A stretch of 64,000 bases of DNA from an uncultured Thermoanaerobaculia bacterium (GCA_964589625.1 CAZPSH010000008.1:1-64000), one strand, 5' to 3'; positions 10,291-20,773 are shown, counted from the first letter of the stretch. Translations and numbers: made by a program. The notes: generated by a model not told the origin, from the sequence alone.

Positions 10291-13029
10291 TCACCGGGCC
10301 TTTGGCAGGTCCGGGGCGGTGCGGGGAGCCAGAAACCTCCCCTCAGGGTCGCAGGGTTCGGGCTCGGGCAGTCCGTCCTCCCGGAGTTGGGAAAGGACGG
10401 CGGCCCGGTCTCCCACGAGAACGACCGTCAGCGAATTCCAGTCGAACAGCCCGGACCGGGCGGCGGCGTTCACCGCTCCGGGTTCGAGGGCTTCGAGCGC
10501 GGCGCTCGCGGATGGGAGGGAGTCTGCCGGGCGCCGCGCCGAAAGAAGGTCCGACAGCGTTCCGGCGAGTCCCCCCGCCGTCTCGGCCGCGGAGAGGAGG
10601 TCGAAGCGGAGGGACCGGGCGGCCTTGGCCGTTTCTTCCGGGGTCACGTCCCCCGAGGCCAGGCGATCGAATTCCCTGCGGAATTCCACCAGGGCCTTCC
10701 CGGTCACGCCCGTCTGAACGGCCGAGTAAGCAAGGAGCCTGCTCTGGCCGCCGTCTTCCAGAAGGAGACTCCGGGCGCCGTAGGAGAAGCCGTGCTTCTC
10801 GCGGATGTTCTGCATGAGCCGGCTCGTGAAGGTTCCGCCGAGGACCGAGGTGGCGCAGGCCCGGGCCGCCCGGTCCACATCGCTCGGGGGAGGGTCGGCG
10901 GGCCTCAGGCACAGGAGAAAAGTCTGGGGCGCGCCGGGCCGGTCCACCAGGATCAGCCTTCCCTTGGGTTTGGGGGTGGGTGCGGAGGCGAGGGTGGTTG
11001 GGGAGAAGGCCTTCCAATCCGCGAAACGCCGGTCCAGTTCTGATTTCAGGGTGGACGGTTCCACGTCCCCAGCGAAGACAAAACGGCACCGTGAGGGGTC
11101 CAGGAGGGTTCGGTGGGCCGACCGGGCATCGGCGGGAGTGAGTGTCCTGAGGGTCTCCTCGAAGCCCTCCGAAGGCCGGCCCCGCGGGTCGTCTCGGCCA
11201 TAGGTCGCGGCTTTCGCCACGAGGCTGGCCACGCGCTGGGGATTCTCGGGACGCGCGCGCACCGAGTCCAGCGCCTGGGCCCGCTCCCGCTCGAAGTCCG
11301 CGTCCGCGAGGGCGGGTCTGAGCAGTGCGTCGGCAAAGAGGTCCAGCGTGGGGGCGAGACGGGTAGCGAGCCCTTCGACCGTCACCGTGAGGTCTCTCCA
11401 TCCCGACCGGGCTTCGACGGAGGCACCCAGAGTGTCCAGGGCGTCCGCATACGCGGCCGCATCCCGGCCCGCCGCCCCCGAGGTGAGGAGCGCGGAGGTC
11501 AGGGACGCCAGGCCGGCCTGGGATGGCGGGAAGAGGTTGTCCCCGCCCTCGGCCACCAGCACGCCCGAAACGAGCCCCGTACCCGGGCGGGGCGCTACGT
11601 AGAGGCGGGCTCCGCAGGCGAGATCCATCTCCACGGGCACCGGCAGCCGCGCCGCCCTCTCCGGAAAGGGCGGGGGTATGGCGTCGAGGACTGCGGGATC
11701 GGGGGCCTGAGCCTCAGGCAGGACCCGCAGGTCCAGGCGTCCCTCCCCCAACACCTTCTCGCACCACGTGCGCACCTCTGCTCCAGGCGCGTCCAGCCAC
11801 CGGCGGAGGTCGCGGCGGAAGGAGTCGGGGTTGCCGAAGGCCCACTGATAGGCGTTGATCTGGTCCGCGCGCTCCTGGAGGCTCTCCATCCGACGAAGGA
11901 ACCGAGCTTCGATCTGGGCCTTGACGCGCTTCATCTCGGCTTCCGAGGGGTCCTCCCTCCTCAGGAGGTCGATCTCCTCGAGGACTGCCCGCTTGATGCG
12001 TTCCAGATCGCTCCCTTGGGATGCGGTGACATCCACCGTGAATTCGCCGTTCAGTCGCCGAGAGTCCTGGTAAACGTTGACCTCCTGGGCCAGCCGTTCG
12101 TCGAGGACCAGGCGTCGGTGAAGGCGGGAGGCGGCCCCGCCCCCCAGGATCGCGGCGGCCAGATCCATGGGGGCGTCCCCTTCGGCATAGGCGGCCGGGG
12201 AGGGCCAAATGAGGAAGAGACGGGGGAACTCGACCTGGTCCGAAATGAGCCTCCGTACCTCGCTCCTGAGCGCGGGCCCCGGTGCGGTGGGCCGGGTGGG
12301 AAACGGGGCGGCGGGAACCGCCCCGAAGAGCCGGGTCACAAGGTCTCGAACGGCGGCGGGATCGAAATCACCCGCCACCACAAGGGTGGCATTGGAGGGA
12401 ACGTAGTAGGTGGCGAAGAAGTCCTTCACGTCCTGAAGCGTGGCTGCCTCGAGGTCCTCGTGGCTTCCGATGACCGGGTGACGGTAAGGGTGTCCTTCGG
12501 GGTAAAGGGCCTCGGGCACGGCGAGGTATGCGCGGCCGTAGGGGGCGTTCTCGTAGCTCTGGCGCCGCTCGTTCCGCACGACGCTCCGCTGGAGGTCCAG
12601 CTTCTCCTGCGTCATGGCCTTCCCCAGGCCCTCCATCCGATCCGCGTCCAGCCAGAGGAGGGTGGGAAGGAGGCTCGAGGGCCCCCACGAAAAGTAGTTG
12701 GTTCGGTCGTTGCTCGTGGAGGCGTTGTTGGCGCCGCCCCCGTTCTCCATGAGGATGTCGAAGCGGTTCCCCGGCACCCGCTCGGTGCCCATGAACATGA
12801 GGTGTTCGAAGAGGTGCGCGAATCCCGTGCGGCCCGGGGCCTCGTCCTTGGAGCCGACGCCGTACCAGAGGTTGACGGTGGCTTGGGGGAGCCGATGGTC
12901 CTCGTGGAGGATCACGGTGAGGCCGTTGGAGAGCGTGAACGTCTCGCACGGGGCGTCCTGGGCCATTAGGTCCGGGGCGGCCAGCGCCAGGAGGAGGGCG
13001 GCACAGATCACATCACGGAGGCGGGGCAT
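10291..13029 (-). CDS. M16-family zinc peptidase (pitrilysin/insulinase-like, tandem M16 halves), secreted
   Basis: HLFEHLMF inverted zinc motif (HxxEH), signal peptide, ~910 aa. Confidence 0.85.
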   Translation of the reverse strand: MPRLRDVICAALLLALAAPDLMAQDAPCETFTLSNGLTVILHEDHRLPQATVNLWYGVGSKDEAPGRTGFAHLFEHLMFMGTERVPGNRFDILMENGGGANNASTSNDRTNYFSWGPSSLLPTLLWLDADRMEGLGKAMTQEKLDLQRSVVRNERRQSYENAPYGRAYLAVPEALYPEGHPYRHPVIGSHEDLEAATLQDVKDFFATYYVPSNATLVVAGDFDPAAVRDLVTRLFGAVPAAPFPTRPTAPGPALRSEVRRLISDQVEFPRLFLIWPSPAAYAEGDAPMDLAAAILGGGAASRLHRRLVLDERLAQEVNVYQDSRRLNGEFTVDVTASQGSDLERIKRAVLEEIDLLRREDPSEAEMKRVKAQIEARFLRRMESLQERADQINAYQWAFGNPDSFRRDLRRWLDAPGAEVRTWCEKVLGEGRLDLRVLPEAQAPDPAVLDAIPPPFPERAARLPVPVEMDLACGARLYVAPRPGTGLVSGVLVAEGGDNLFPPSQAGLASLTSALLTSGAAGRDAAAYADALDTLGASVEARSGWRDLTVTVEGLATRLAPTLDLFADALLRPALADADFERERAQALDSVRARPENPQRVASLVAKAATYGRDDPRGRPSEGFEETLRTLTPADARSAHRTLLDPSRCRFVFAGDVEPSTLKSELDRRFADWKAFSPTTLASAPTPKPKGRLILVDRPGAPQTFLLCLRPADPPPSDVDRAARACATSVLGGTFTSRLMQNIREKHGFSYGARSLLLEDGGQSRLLAYSAVQTGVTGKALVEFRREFDRLASGDVTPEETAKAARSLRFDLLSAAETAGGLAGTLSDLLSARRPADSLPSASAALEALEPGAVNAAARSGLFDWNSLTVVLVGDRAAVLSQLREDGLPEPEPCDPEGRFLAPRTAPDLPKAR

Positions 13030-13092
13030 GGGGGGCTCCTCGAGAGGGGGCCGCCGGAGGCTTTCCACCGGGGGCCGGGCTCGCCGCCCACT

Positions 13093-13311
13093 CTATCCCT
13101 CCCGAGGGGGCGGGGCAAGGCGCCCCGCCCCGCCGGAGCCGTCCTCCGTCTGTGAGCTGCGGCGGCCTCGGCGCTCCTCCACCGCGCGTCTCAGAATGTA
13201 CTCGATCTGTCCGTTCACGCTCCGGAGTTCGTCGGAGGCCCAGCGGTTCACCTCCTCCCAGAGTTCGGGGCTCAGCCGGAGCAGAAAGGCTTTCCGGGGC
13301 ACCGGGGCCAC
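13093..13311 (-). CDS. Arc/MetJ-type ribbon-helix-helix DNA-binding protein
   Basis: [39 protein letters not shown] is a typical Arc-like RHH. The GTG start directly abuts the TAG of the upstream SPFH gene. Confidence 0.7.
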   Translation of the reverse strand: MAPVPRKAFLLRLSPELWEEVNRWASDELRSVNGQIEYILRRAVEERRGRRSSQTEDGSGGAGRLAPPPREG

Positions 13312-14214
13312 CTAGTAAAGCGTGCCCGCGTTGATCACCGGGTGGGCCTCCCGCTCCCCGCACAGGACCACGAGAAGGTTCGAGACCATCTGGGCCTTGC
13401 GCTCCTCGTCGAGCTGCACGATCCCCTCGGCCCCCAGGCGATGAAGGGCCATCTGCACCATGCCTACGGCCCCCTCGACGATCTTCTGGCGGGCGGCGAT
13501 GACGGCGGAAGCCTGCTGGCGCTTGAGCATGGCCTCGGCGATCTCGGGGGCGTAGGCCAGGTGGCTCAGCCGGGCTTCCACCACGCGCACACCGGCCTTA
13601 TCGAGCCGGGCCTGGAGTTGCTTTTCCAGGGCGCCCGAGACTTCGTCGATGTTGCCCCGCAGGGAGATGACGGCCCCTTCCTCCTCCCAGGCGTCATAGG
13701 GGTACGAACTGGCCAGATGTCTCAAGGCCGACTCGCTCTGCACGGTCACATACTCCACGTAATGTTCCACCTGGAAACAGGCCGCAAAGGTGTCCTCCAC
13801 CTTCCAGACGACGACGGCGGCGATCTCGATGGGATTGGCCGCGCTGTCGTTGACCTTCAGCTTCTCGGAGTTCAGGTTGTGGAAGCGAAGGGAGATCTTC
13901 TTCTGGGTGGCGAAAGGGTTGACCCAGAAAAACCCGTTGCGCTTGACCGATCCCTTGTAGTCCCCGAAGAGGACGATGACGGCGGCCTCGTTCGGCTGAA
14001 GGATCAGGAATCCCTTGGTGGCCAGGATGGCCAGAAAAAGAAGGACCATGGCGACGATCACCAGAATGAGCCCCGGAGCCGTCTGGTTCTGGGACAGAAG
14101 AAATACGCCCCGGAGAAAGACGGGAACGGTGAGGGCGAACAGGAGAAAGTCGAGGATCACCATGAACCAACCCGACTGCGGCAGATACGGTCTTTCGTTC
14201 GACATGGCCCACAT
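13312..14214 (-). CDS. SPFH/band-7 (stomatin-like) membrane protein
   Basis: N-terminal TM segment followed by an SPFH domain pattern ([12 protein letters not shown]...[13 protein letters not shown]). Confidence 0.8.
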   Translation of the reverse strand: MWAMSNERPYLPQSGWFMVILDFLLFALTVPVFLRGVFLLSQNQTAPGLILVIVAMVLLFLAILATKGFLILQPNEAAVIVLFGDYKGSVKRNGFFWVNPFATQKKISLRFHNLNSEKLKVNDSAANPIEIAAVVVWKVEDTFAACFQVEHYVEYVTVQSESALRHLASSYPYDAWEEEGAVISLRGNIDEVSGALEKQLQARLDKAGVRVVEARLSHLAYAPEIAEAMLKRQQASAVIAARQKIVEGAVGMVQMALHRLGAEGIVQLDEERKAQMVSNLLVVLCGEREAHPVINAGTLY

Positions 14215-14235
14215 CTCCTCTCGTGTGAGATCAGA

Positions 14236-14264
14236 GTGATATCAGTATGAAATCGCTTTGTCAA
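14236..14264 (-). promoter_or_regulatory. Sigma70-like promoter TTGACA-N17-TATCAC for the SPFH-RHH operon
   Basis: Read on the minus strand in an AT-richer divergent intergenic region. A GAGGAG RBS follows before the SPFH start. Confidence 0.5.
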
Positions 14265-14338
14265 GGGGCGTCCGTCGGAATCGCCAGCCGTTCCCTCTCG
14301 GAAGGCCCCCGTGTACACTTTGGGAGGAGAGGCCGACC

Positions 14339-14746
14339 ATGGCGAGGACGAAGACAGCGGGATTGGTGGCGGCCGCGGCCTCCGCGGGGGGCTGGGTTTT
14401 CTGGATCGGACTGAAGGGCCCCGTGGCCCCTGTGGTGCCTCCCTCGGGACCCTTCGACGCGCTTGTGCTGGCAGGCGCTCCGGCGGTCCTACTCCTGGCT
14501 CCCTTTTTGGGGGTGCGGCGGCCCCGGGAAACGGGAGTCCTTCTCCTCCTTGGCGCTTCCCTCGCCTCCCTCGGCCTCGGGGTTCGGCCCGGCGTGTACG
14601 CCCGGGATTTCTTTCTCGCCTTTTCCCTCATCGTTGTCCCTTCCCTGCTGGCGGGGGCGCTCCTCATGGCGGCCGGCCGTGCTCTATCCTCCGGCTCTTC
14701 CCGCCGGAGACCCGGGGCGGAAACAAAGCGGGGCGTACGCCCGTAG
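14339..14746 (+). CDS. Small hypothetical membrane protein (135 aa, Ala/Leu-rich TM helices)
   Basis: RBS GGGAGGAGAGG before the ATG. Hydrophobic segments and GC3-rich codons. Confidence 0.45.
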   Translation: MARTKTAGLVAAAASAGGWVFWIGLKGPVAPVVPPSGPFDALVLAGAPAVLLLAPFLGVRRPRETGVLLLLGASLASLGLGVRPGVYARDFFLAFSLIVVPSLLAGALLMAAGRALSSGSSRRRPGAETKRGVRP

Positions 14747-14816
14747 TCCATCGGGGGATGGGTGTATCCCCGACGAAAACCGCAAGACCCTGACGAAACC
14801 GATGGAGGAGAAGGCG

Positions 14817-17800
14817 ATGAGAAATCCCCTTTGCGCCGCGGCGCTCCTGTTGGCCGCGGGGATGGCGGCCGGAGCGCAGGCGGGCGAAAGCCACCTCATG
14901 CGTCTGGCGGACGTGCACGGCGACCGGCTGGTTTTCACGTACGAAGACGACCTATGGACCGCCTCCGCACAAGGAGGCGACGCCTCGCGCCTCACCCGCG
15001 ATGAGGGCGCCGAACGCTATGCGAAGTTCAGCCCCGATGGAAAGCGGATCGCGTTCACGGCGCAGTACGACGGTGGAGTGGACGTCTACGTGATGGAGGC
15101 GGGAGGGTCTCCGCCCGTCCGGCTGACCTACCATCCGGCCCCGGACCTGGTTCTGGGATGGACTCCGGACGGCTCTTCGGTCCTCTTCCGCTCCCGCCGG
15201 GAGTACCCCTACCGCGGCGAGCAGGTGTACGCCGTCCCGGTTTCGGGGGGAACCGAGAGGAAACTCGCCGTGGACCGGGCCGGACTTGCCGCCCTCTCCC
15301 CCGACGGGAAGAGCCTTGCCTACTGCCGTCTCACCAACGAGAGCGCCACGTGGAAGCGTCACCAAGGGGGGGACGCGCAAGAGATCTGGATGGGGAGCCT
15401 CGAGAAGGCCGACTTCCGGGTGATCGCCCCCTGGAAGGGCATCGACAACTACCCCATGTGGGAAGGTCAGGCCATCTACTTCACCTCCGACCGAGAGGCC
15501 GGAACGATGAACCTCTTCCGCTACGACGTGGGGACGGGGGAGGTGCGCGCCCTCACCCACTACACCGATTACGATGTGAAGTATCCCTCCTCGGGGCCCG
15601 GTTCCATCGTCTTCCAGTATGCCGAGAGCCTCCACATCCTGGATCTCGCCTCGGGGGCCGTCCGAAAGGTCTCCATCCGGATTCCCAGCGATCGCGTCCT
15701 GATCCGCTCCGAATTCGTGCCCGCGGAAGCCGGCCACGGCGCTTTCGGCCTCAATCCCGACGGCTCCCGCCTCCTGCTCGAATTCCGCGGGGAGATTCTG
15801 TCCATCCCCGTGGACAAGAAGAAAGGGGAACCGGTGAACCTATCCCGCGCCTCCGGCTCGCGCGAGAAAGATCCCGCGTGGTCTCCGGATGGAACGCGCG
15901 TGGCCTTTCTCTCCGACCGGACCGGCGAAGAGGAAGTCTACCTGGCCGATGCGGCGGGCCTCCAGCCCTGGAAGCAGCTCACCTCGGACGGCCTGGGGTA
16001 CCGGATGCGCCTGACGTGGTCGCCCGACTCCAAGTGGCTCCTCTTCTCCGACAAGTTCATGAAGCTCAACCTGGTGGATGCGGCGTCCGGCAAGATCACG
16101 GTGATCGACCGGGGAGAATACGACGACGGCTGGGAGCGCTGGGGCATCCAGGACTTCACCTTCTCCCCCGACTCCCGGTGGGTCGCCTACACCAAGAAGC
16201 TCGAAAACACCTACGAGGCCATCTACCTGTACGGCCTGGACTCGGCGAAGTCCTCACCGCTGACGGACGGCATGGCCAACTCCTGGAGCCCCTCCTTCGA
16301 TCCGGCGGGGAAATACCTCTACTTCCTCTCGGACCGGGCCTTTGATCCCATCATGGGGACGGTGGGCCAGGACCACATTTTCTTGAAGATGGCCTCGCCC
16401 TTCCTGGCCGTCCTCAAGGCCGGGTCGCCCTCTCCCTTCGGCGCGGAGGCCGAGGCGGAGGAGGCGGCCGGCGAGGTCAAGGACAAGGGCGCCAAGGAGA
16501 AGGGCAAGCCGGGAGCGCCCGCGGGGCCGTCCATCGACCTCGCCGGGTTGACCGACCGCGTGCTGCCCGTCGAGGGAGTGGAGCCCGGGAACTACTTCCG
16601 GCTCGAAGCCACGGAGTCGGGCTTTCTCTTCCTCTCCAAGGCCGAGCCCGAATTCCTCAAGTACCAAACCGTTACCGACGCCAACGAGACACCCTGCGAT
16701 CTCATGGTCTACGACCTGAAGGAGAAGAAGGCCGAGGCCGTGACTTCGGGCGTCGAGAACTTCCACCTTTCGGCAGACCGGAAAAAGATGGCGGTGCGCA
16801 CGAAGGGCGCCTTCTCCGTCTCCGCAGCGGGGCAGAAGGCCAAGCCCGACCAGACCGTGGACCTTTCGGACGCAAAGGTCCGGGTGGACCGGATGGCGGA
16901 GTTCGGCCAGATCTTCGACGAAGCCTGGCGCATCGAGCGCGACTGGTTCTACGACAAGAACCTCCACGGCCTGGATTGGAAGAAGACGGGCGAGATGTAC
17001 CGGCGCTTCCTCCCGGACTGCGGTAACCGAAGCGACCTCAACTATCTCATCGGCGAGATGATCTCCGAACTCAACACGGGCCACACGTACGTTGGAGGAG
17101 GGGACCTGGGCGACCCGGGATCGCGCTCCACGGTGGGGCTCCTGGGCTGCGATTTTGAGGTGTCCGACGGCGCCGCCTTCCCCGTGCTTCGCCACATCCT
17201 GCCCTCCTACCCCTGGGACGCGGACCACATGTCCCCCCTCCGGGCACCCGGGCTCCCCGTGCGGGAGGGGAACTACCTGATCGCGGTGGACGGAGAGAGG
17301 GTCTCTCCCTCGTCCAACCTCTACGCTTACTTCGAGAACAAGGCGGGGAAGACCGTGCGCCTGACGGTGAACGACCGCCCCTCCGAAGAGGGTGCCCGCA
17401 CCTTCCGCGTCAAGGCGCTCCGGAGCGAGGCGGCCCTGCGCTACCGGGAGTGGGTGGAGCGAAACCGGGCTTACGTGGACAAGGTCTCCGGCGGGACCGT
17501 GGGCTACGTGCACATCCCCGCCATGATGGAGGACGGCCTCATCGAATTCGCGCGGTATTTCTATCCCCAGCTCGGCAAAAAGGCCATCCTGCTGGACGTT
17601 CGCTACAACGGCGGCGGGTTCACGAGCGGCATGATCATCGACCACCTGGAGCGGAAGGTGTGGGCCGTGACCCAGCCCAGGGAGGGCAGGCCGTCCCTGA
17701 ACCCCGAGGCGGCCTTCTGGGGTCCGTATGCCCTCCTCATCAACGAGGACACGGGCAGCGACGGCGAGCTCTTCTCCGAGGCCATCAAGATCAAGGGCCT

Positions 17801-18125
17801 CGCCAAGATCTTCGGGATGCGGACTTGGGGAGGCGCCTTCGGCATCGAGGCCCACCAGGACCTCGTGGACGGCGGGACCGTCACGCCGCCGCAGTTCGGC
17901 CTCTACGGGTTGGACCGCCGCTGGCTCATCGAAGGCCGCGGCGTGGATCCCCACGTGGAGGTACAGAACCTGCCGGGGGACGTTCTGAAGGGAAAGGACG
18001 CCCAATTGGACTCCGCCCTAGGATACCTCATGGAGCTCGTGGCCAAGAACCCCAAGGAGGTCCCTCCGCCCCCGCCCTACCCCAACAAGGCGAGGCCGGC
18101 CGGGTCCGACATTTCCAGGCCCTGA
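14817..18125 (+). CDS. Tricorn protease homolog (beta-propeller + PDZ + S41 peptidase domains), secreted
   Basis: ~1100 aa with signal peptide, TolB-like propeller repeats and C-terminal S41-type sequence. RBS GGAGGAG before the ATG. Confidence 0.85.
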   Translation: MRNPLCAAALLLAAGMAAGAQAGESHLMRLADVHGDRLVFTYEDDLWTASAQGGDASRLTRDEGAERYAKFSPDGKRIAFTAQYDGGVDVYVMEAGGSPPVRLTYHPAPDLVLGWTPDGSSVLFRSRREYPYRGEQVYAVPVSGGTERKLAVDRAGLAALSPDGKSLAYCRLTNESATWKRHQGGDAQEIWMGSLEKADFRVIAPWKGIDNYPMWEGQAIYFTSDREAGTMNLFRYDVGTGEVRALTHYTDYDVKYPSSGPGSIVFQYAESLHILDLASGAVRKVSIRIPSDRVLIRSEFVPAEAGHGAFGLNPDGSRLLLEFRGEILSIPVDKKKGEPVNLSRASGSREKDPAWSPDGTRVAFLSDRTGEEEVYLADAAGLQPWKQLTSDGLGYRMRLTWSPDSKWLLFSDKFMKLNLVDAASGKITVIDRGEYDDGWERWGIQDFTFSPDSRWVAYTKKLENTYEAIYLYGLDSAKSSPLTDGMANSWSPSFDPAGKYLYFLSDRAFDPIMGTVGQDHIFLKMASPFLAVLKAGSPSPFGAEAEAEEAAGEVKDKGAKEKGKPGAPAGPSIDLAGLTDRVLPVEGVEPGNYFRLEATESGFLFLSKAEPEFLKYQTVTDANETPCDLMVYDLKEKKAEAVTSGVENFHLSADRKKMAVRTKGAFSVSAAGQKAKPDQTVDLSDAKVRVDRMAEFGQIFDEAWRIERDWFYDKNLHGLDWKKTGEMYRRFLPDCGNRSDLNYLIGEMISELNTGHTYVGGGDLGDPGSRSTVGLLGCDFEVSDGAAFPVLRHILPSYPWDADHMSPLRAPGLPVREGNYLIAVDGERVSPSSNLYAYFENKAGKTVRLTVNDRPSEEGARTFRVKALRSEAALRYREWVERNRAYVDKVSGGTVGYVHIPAMMEDGLIEFARYFYPQLGKKAILLDVRYNGGGFTSGMIIDHLERKVWAVTQPREGRPSLNPEAAFWGPYALLINEDTGSDGELFSEAIKIKGLAKIFGMRTWGGAFGIEAHQDLVDGGTVTPPQFGLYGLDRRWLIEGRGVDPHVEVQNLPGDVLKGKDAQLDSALGYLMELVAKNPKEVPPPPPYPNKARPAGSDISRP

Positions 18126-18154
18126 CCCCGTCGGAAGCGACGGTCCGACGCGCA

Positions 18155-18186
18155 GGGGCACGGTTCGCCGTGCCCCCGCCTTTTTT
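18155..18186 (+). terminator. Rho-independent terminator GGGGCACGG-TTCG-CCGTGCCCC followed by CGCCTTTTTT
   Basis: 9-bp perfect stem plus a T6 run, 30 nt after the tricorn stop. Confidence 0.8.
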
Positions 18187-18227
18187 CGCTACGCCAGGAG
18201 GTATGCTGTCGACGGAGGTCGAGCCAT

Positions 18228-18722
18228 GTGGGCCATAGCCTGGGAGGGGCCGTCGTCGGGGCCTACGCCGGCCGCCATCGCGACCGTGTGGCTGGGATCC
18301 TCTTCGACGATTCCGTCGGAGCCCTCAACCAGATCCCCCGGGCGAGCATGGAGTCCTGGCTGGAGGGATTCTCAGGTGATTCCCTCGATCAGCACTGGCC
18401 CGTCTGGCTCGGGGAGATGCTGGCGCCTGCGAGGCCCGAGGTTCGGGAGCAGGTCCTCCATACCTTCGGTTCCGCGTCCCCGGAGGCGGTCCGGAAGGCC
18501 ATCACCAGCCTGGGCCGTTACGATCCCGTCCCCGCCCTGGAAACGTACCGAGGCCCCGGGTTGGCCGTCGTCACTTTGGAGAACACGAAACCCTTTTCGC
18601 TCCAGAACGCGGTGCCGGGCCTGCCGCACCGCATCGTTCAGGGGACGAGCCACTGGATCATGATGGACGATCCCGCGACCTTCAACTCGATCCTGGACGA
18701 GTTTCTCGAGGGGCTGAGGTAA
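18228..18722 (+). pseudogene. 3' fragment of an alpha/beta-hydrolase gene (starts at the nucleophile elbow GHSLGG)
   Basis: The ORF begins V-GHSLGG (the GxSxG elbow that normally lies ~90-100 aa into the fold) and continues to a typical C-terminus (...QGTSHWIMMDDPATFNSILDEFL). No N-terminal part exists, and a terminator lies immediately upstream. Confidence 0.6.
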
Positions 18723-19025
18723 GGGCTACCCGCCGCGCCCTCCATCTGTGACGCGCGTCACCTCCTCGGAGACCGGAGGCTCCCTTCAGGAATCCTCCCT
18801 TCGCCCGCGCGTTCCTCCATTCTGAATTGCATTCCATTTCATTCGAGGGGCTTTGCGGAACAGGACGAATCCGCCGGTTTGCCTGCGGCCCGTCGGACGT
18901 TCCGCGAGGGAGGCCGCCATCGAATCTGGCCGCCGGCGGGTGTCCCCGGGACGGACCCCTCCGGCTTTGAATCCACGAGGCGCCCTTGCCCGGGAGGCGC
19001 GCCCCCGTCCAGCAAGGAGCACGCC

Positions 19026-20093
19026 ATGCCGACCCCGTCCGTAAACACCAAGAAGGTGGAGGACCTCAGCCTCCGCGTCGTGAACGACATGGGCGGAGCA
19101 TTCACCATGGCCCTGGGATACATCGGGGACCGCCTGGGCCTCTTCCGCACCCTGACCCAGGAGGGCCCCATGTCGAGCGTGGAACTCGCCCAGAAGATGG
19201 GCCTCAACGAGCGCTACGTCCGGGAGTGGGCCAAGGCCCTGGTGGCGGCCGACTACCTGGACTACGACCCGAAGTCGGGGCGCATCCACATGACCGAAGA
19301 GCAGGCCCAGGTCCTCGCCAAGGAGGACAGCCCCACCTTCGTGGGAGGCGCCTTCCACTTCACGACGCCGTCCATCTACAACGTTCCAAAAATCCTGGAG
19401 GCCTTCAAGAAAGGGGGAGGCATCGCCTACTCGGAAATCGGCGAGGAAATCCCGGAGGCCATCGAGCGCTTCTTCCGCCCGGCCTACGTCAACTTCCTGG
19501 CGAGGGACTGGGTGGGCGTGGTGCCCGGCCTGACGGAGAAACTCCAGAGGGGCGCCCTCGTGGCCGACGTGGGCTGCGGGGCCGGCCAGTCCTCCGTGGC
19601 CATCGCCAAGGCGTATCCGAAATCCAAGGTGGTGGGTGTGGACAACGACGCGAGGAGCATCCAGCGGGCCCAGAAGCTGAAGTCATCGCAGAGGGTGGAC
19701 AACGTGGAGTTCATGCAGGCCCCGGCCCATGAATTGCCGAAAAACAAAAAGTACGACCTGATCTGCAGCTTCGACTGCATCCACGACATGGCCGATCCGC
19801 GGAAGACCCTCCGAACGCTCCACGATTCCCTCGCCGACGACGGCGTGTACCTCTGGTCCGAACCGGCCACCTCCGACCAGCCCCTCGAAAACAGGAATCC
19901 CGTAGGCCGGGCCTTCGCGGCCGTGAGCCCCCTCCACTGCCTCACCGTCTCCCTCGCCAGCCACGGGGAGGGCCTGGGCACCCAGCTCGGCCTCAAGGGC
20001 GTTCAGGAACTCGCCCGGGAGGCCGGTTTCACCAGCGTGGAGCCCCTGCCCATCCAGAACCCCCTGCACCGCATCTACGCGCTCCGGCGCTGA
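19026..20093 (+). CDS. Class I SAM-dependent methyltransferase
   Basis: VADVGCGAGQ motif I, RBS AAGGAG, 355 aa. Confidence 0.8.
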   Translation: MPTPSVNTKKVEDLSLRVVNDMGGAFTMALGYIGDRLGLFRTLTQEGPMSSVELAQKMGLNERYVREWAKALVAADYLDYDPKSGRIHMTEEQAQVLAKEDSPTFVGGAFHFTTPSIYNVPKILEAFKKGGGIAYSEIGEEIPEAIERFFRPAYVNFLARDWVGVVPGLTEKLQRGALVADVGCGAGQSSVAIAKAYPKSKVVGVDNDARSIQRAQKLKSSQRVDNVEFMQAPAHELPKNKKYDLICSFDCIHDMADPRKTLRTLHDSLADDGVYLWSEPATSDQPLENRNPVGRAFAAVSPLHCLTVSLASHGEGLGTQLGLKGVQELAREAGFTSVEPLPIQNPLHRIYALRR

Positions 20094-20105
20094 GACCTTC
20101 GGGAA

Positions 20106-20135
20106 CCGCGGCGGGAGGTTCGCCTCCCGCCGCGG
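20106..20135 (+). terminator. Strong hairpin CCGCGGCGGGAGG-TTCG-CCTCCCGCCGCGG after the methyltransferase gene
   Basis: 13-bp perfect stem read from the sequence. No U-tract. Confidence 0.45.
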
Positions 20136-20218
20136 CCCGTTCCCGGGGGGCCTTTCCTGAGGGGGCTCCGTGAGATACACTCCGACTCTCGGCCAGGGGG
20201 CCCTCCAGGGAGGTCCGT

Positions 20219-20773
20219 TTGGATCACCGTCCGGTCCTGACCACGGAGCGCCTCCTCCTTCGACCCTTTTCGCCCGAAGATGCCCCCGAAGTGGCCCGCC
20301 TGTGCGCGGACCGCACAATCGCCTCCACCACGCTGCAGATCCCCCATCCCTACACCCTGGAAGACGCCCGATCCTTCATCCGGACCCAGGATGAGGCCTG
20401 GGCCCAGGGAACGGGCGCCGTGTTCGCCGTGACCCTCCGGAATACGGGAGAACTCCTGGGCGCCATCGGGCTCCACCTCGAACGGGAGCACCGCCGGGCG
20501 GAATTGGGGTACTGGATCGGCACCGCCCACTGGAACCTGGGCTACGCCACCGAGTCGGTAAAGGCGGTGGTCCACTTCGGCTTCGAAGACCTTGGGCTCC
20601 ACAGGATCCACGCCCACCACTTCGGGCGGAATCCGTCGTCGGGACGGGTCCTTCTCAAAGCCGGCTTTGAAGCGGAGGGGACCCTAAGGGGCCACGTGTT
20701 CAAGTGGGGCATCTACGAGGACTGCCGGCTCTACGGCCTCGTGCGCAAGGGGGAAGGAGAGAAGGCGCGATGA
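20219..20773 (+). CDS. GNAT-family N-acetyltransferase (RimJ/RimL-like)
   Basis: TTERLLLRPFSPEDA... and the GNAT fold pattern. TTG start. The stop overlaps the next gene's ATG. Confidence 0.75.
   Translation: MDHRPVLTTERLLLRPFSPEDAPEVARLCADRTIASTTLQIPHPYTLEDARSFIRTQDEAWAQGTGAVFAVTLRNTGELLGAIGLHLEREHRRAELGYWIGTAHWNLGYATESVKAVVHFGFEDLGLHRIHAHHFGRNPSSGRVLLKAGFEAEGTLRGHVFKWGIYEDCRLYGLVRKGEGEKAR

Noticed and set aside
18786-19358. Minus-strand ORFs overlapping the methyltransferase upstream region and the perfect palindrome GTGACGCGCGTCAC at ~18749-18762 as a regulatory operator
   Set aside because: The ORFs are junk translations. The palindrome is real, but it sits ~260 nt upstream of the next start with no associated regulator gene or promoter hexamers, so no functional claim is made.
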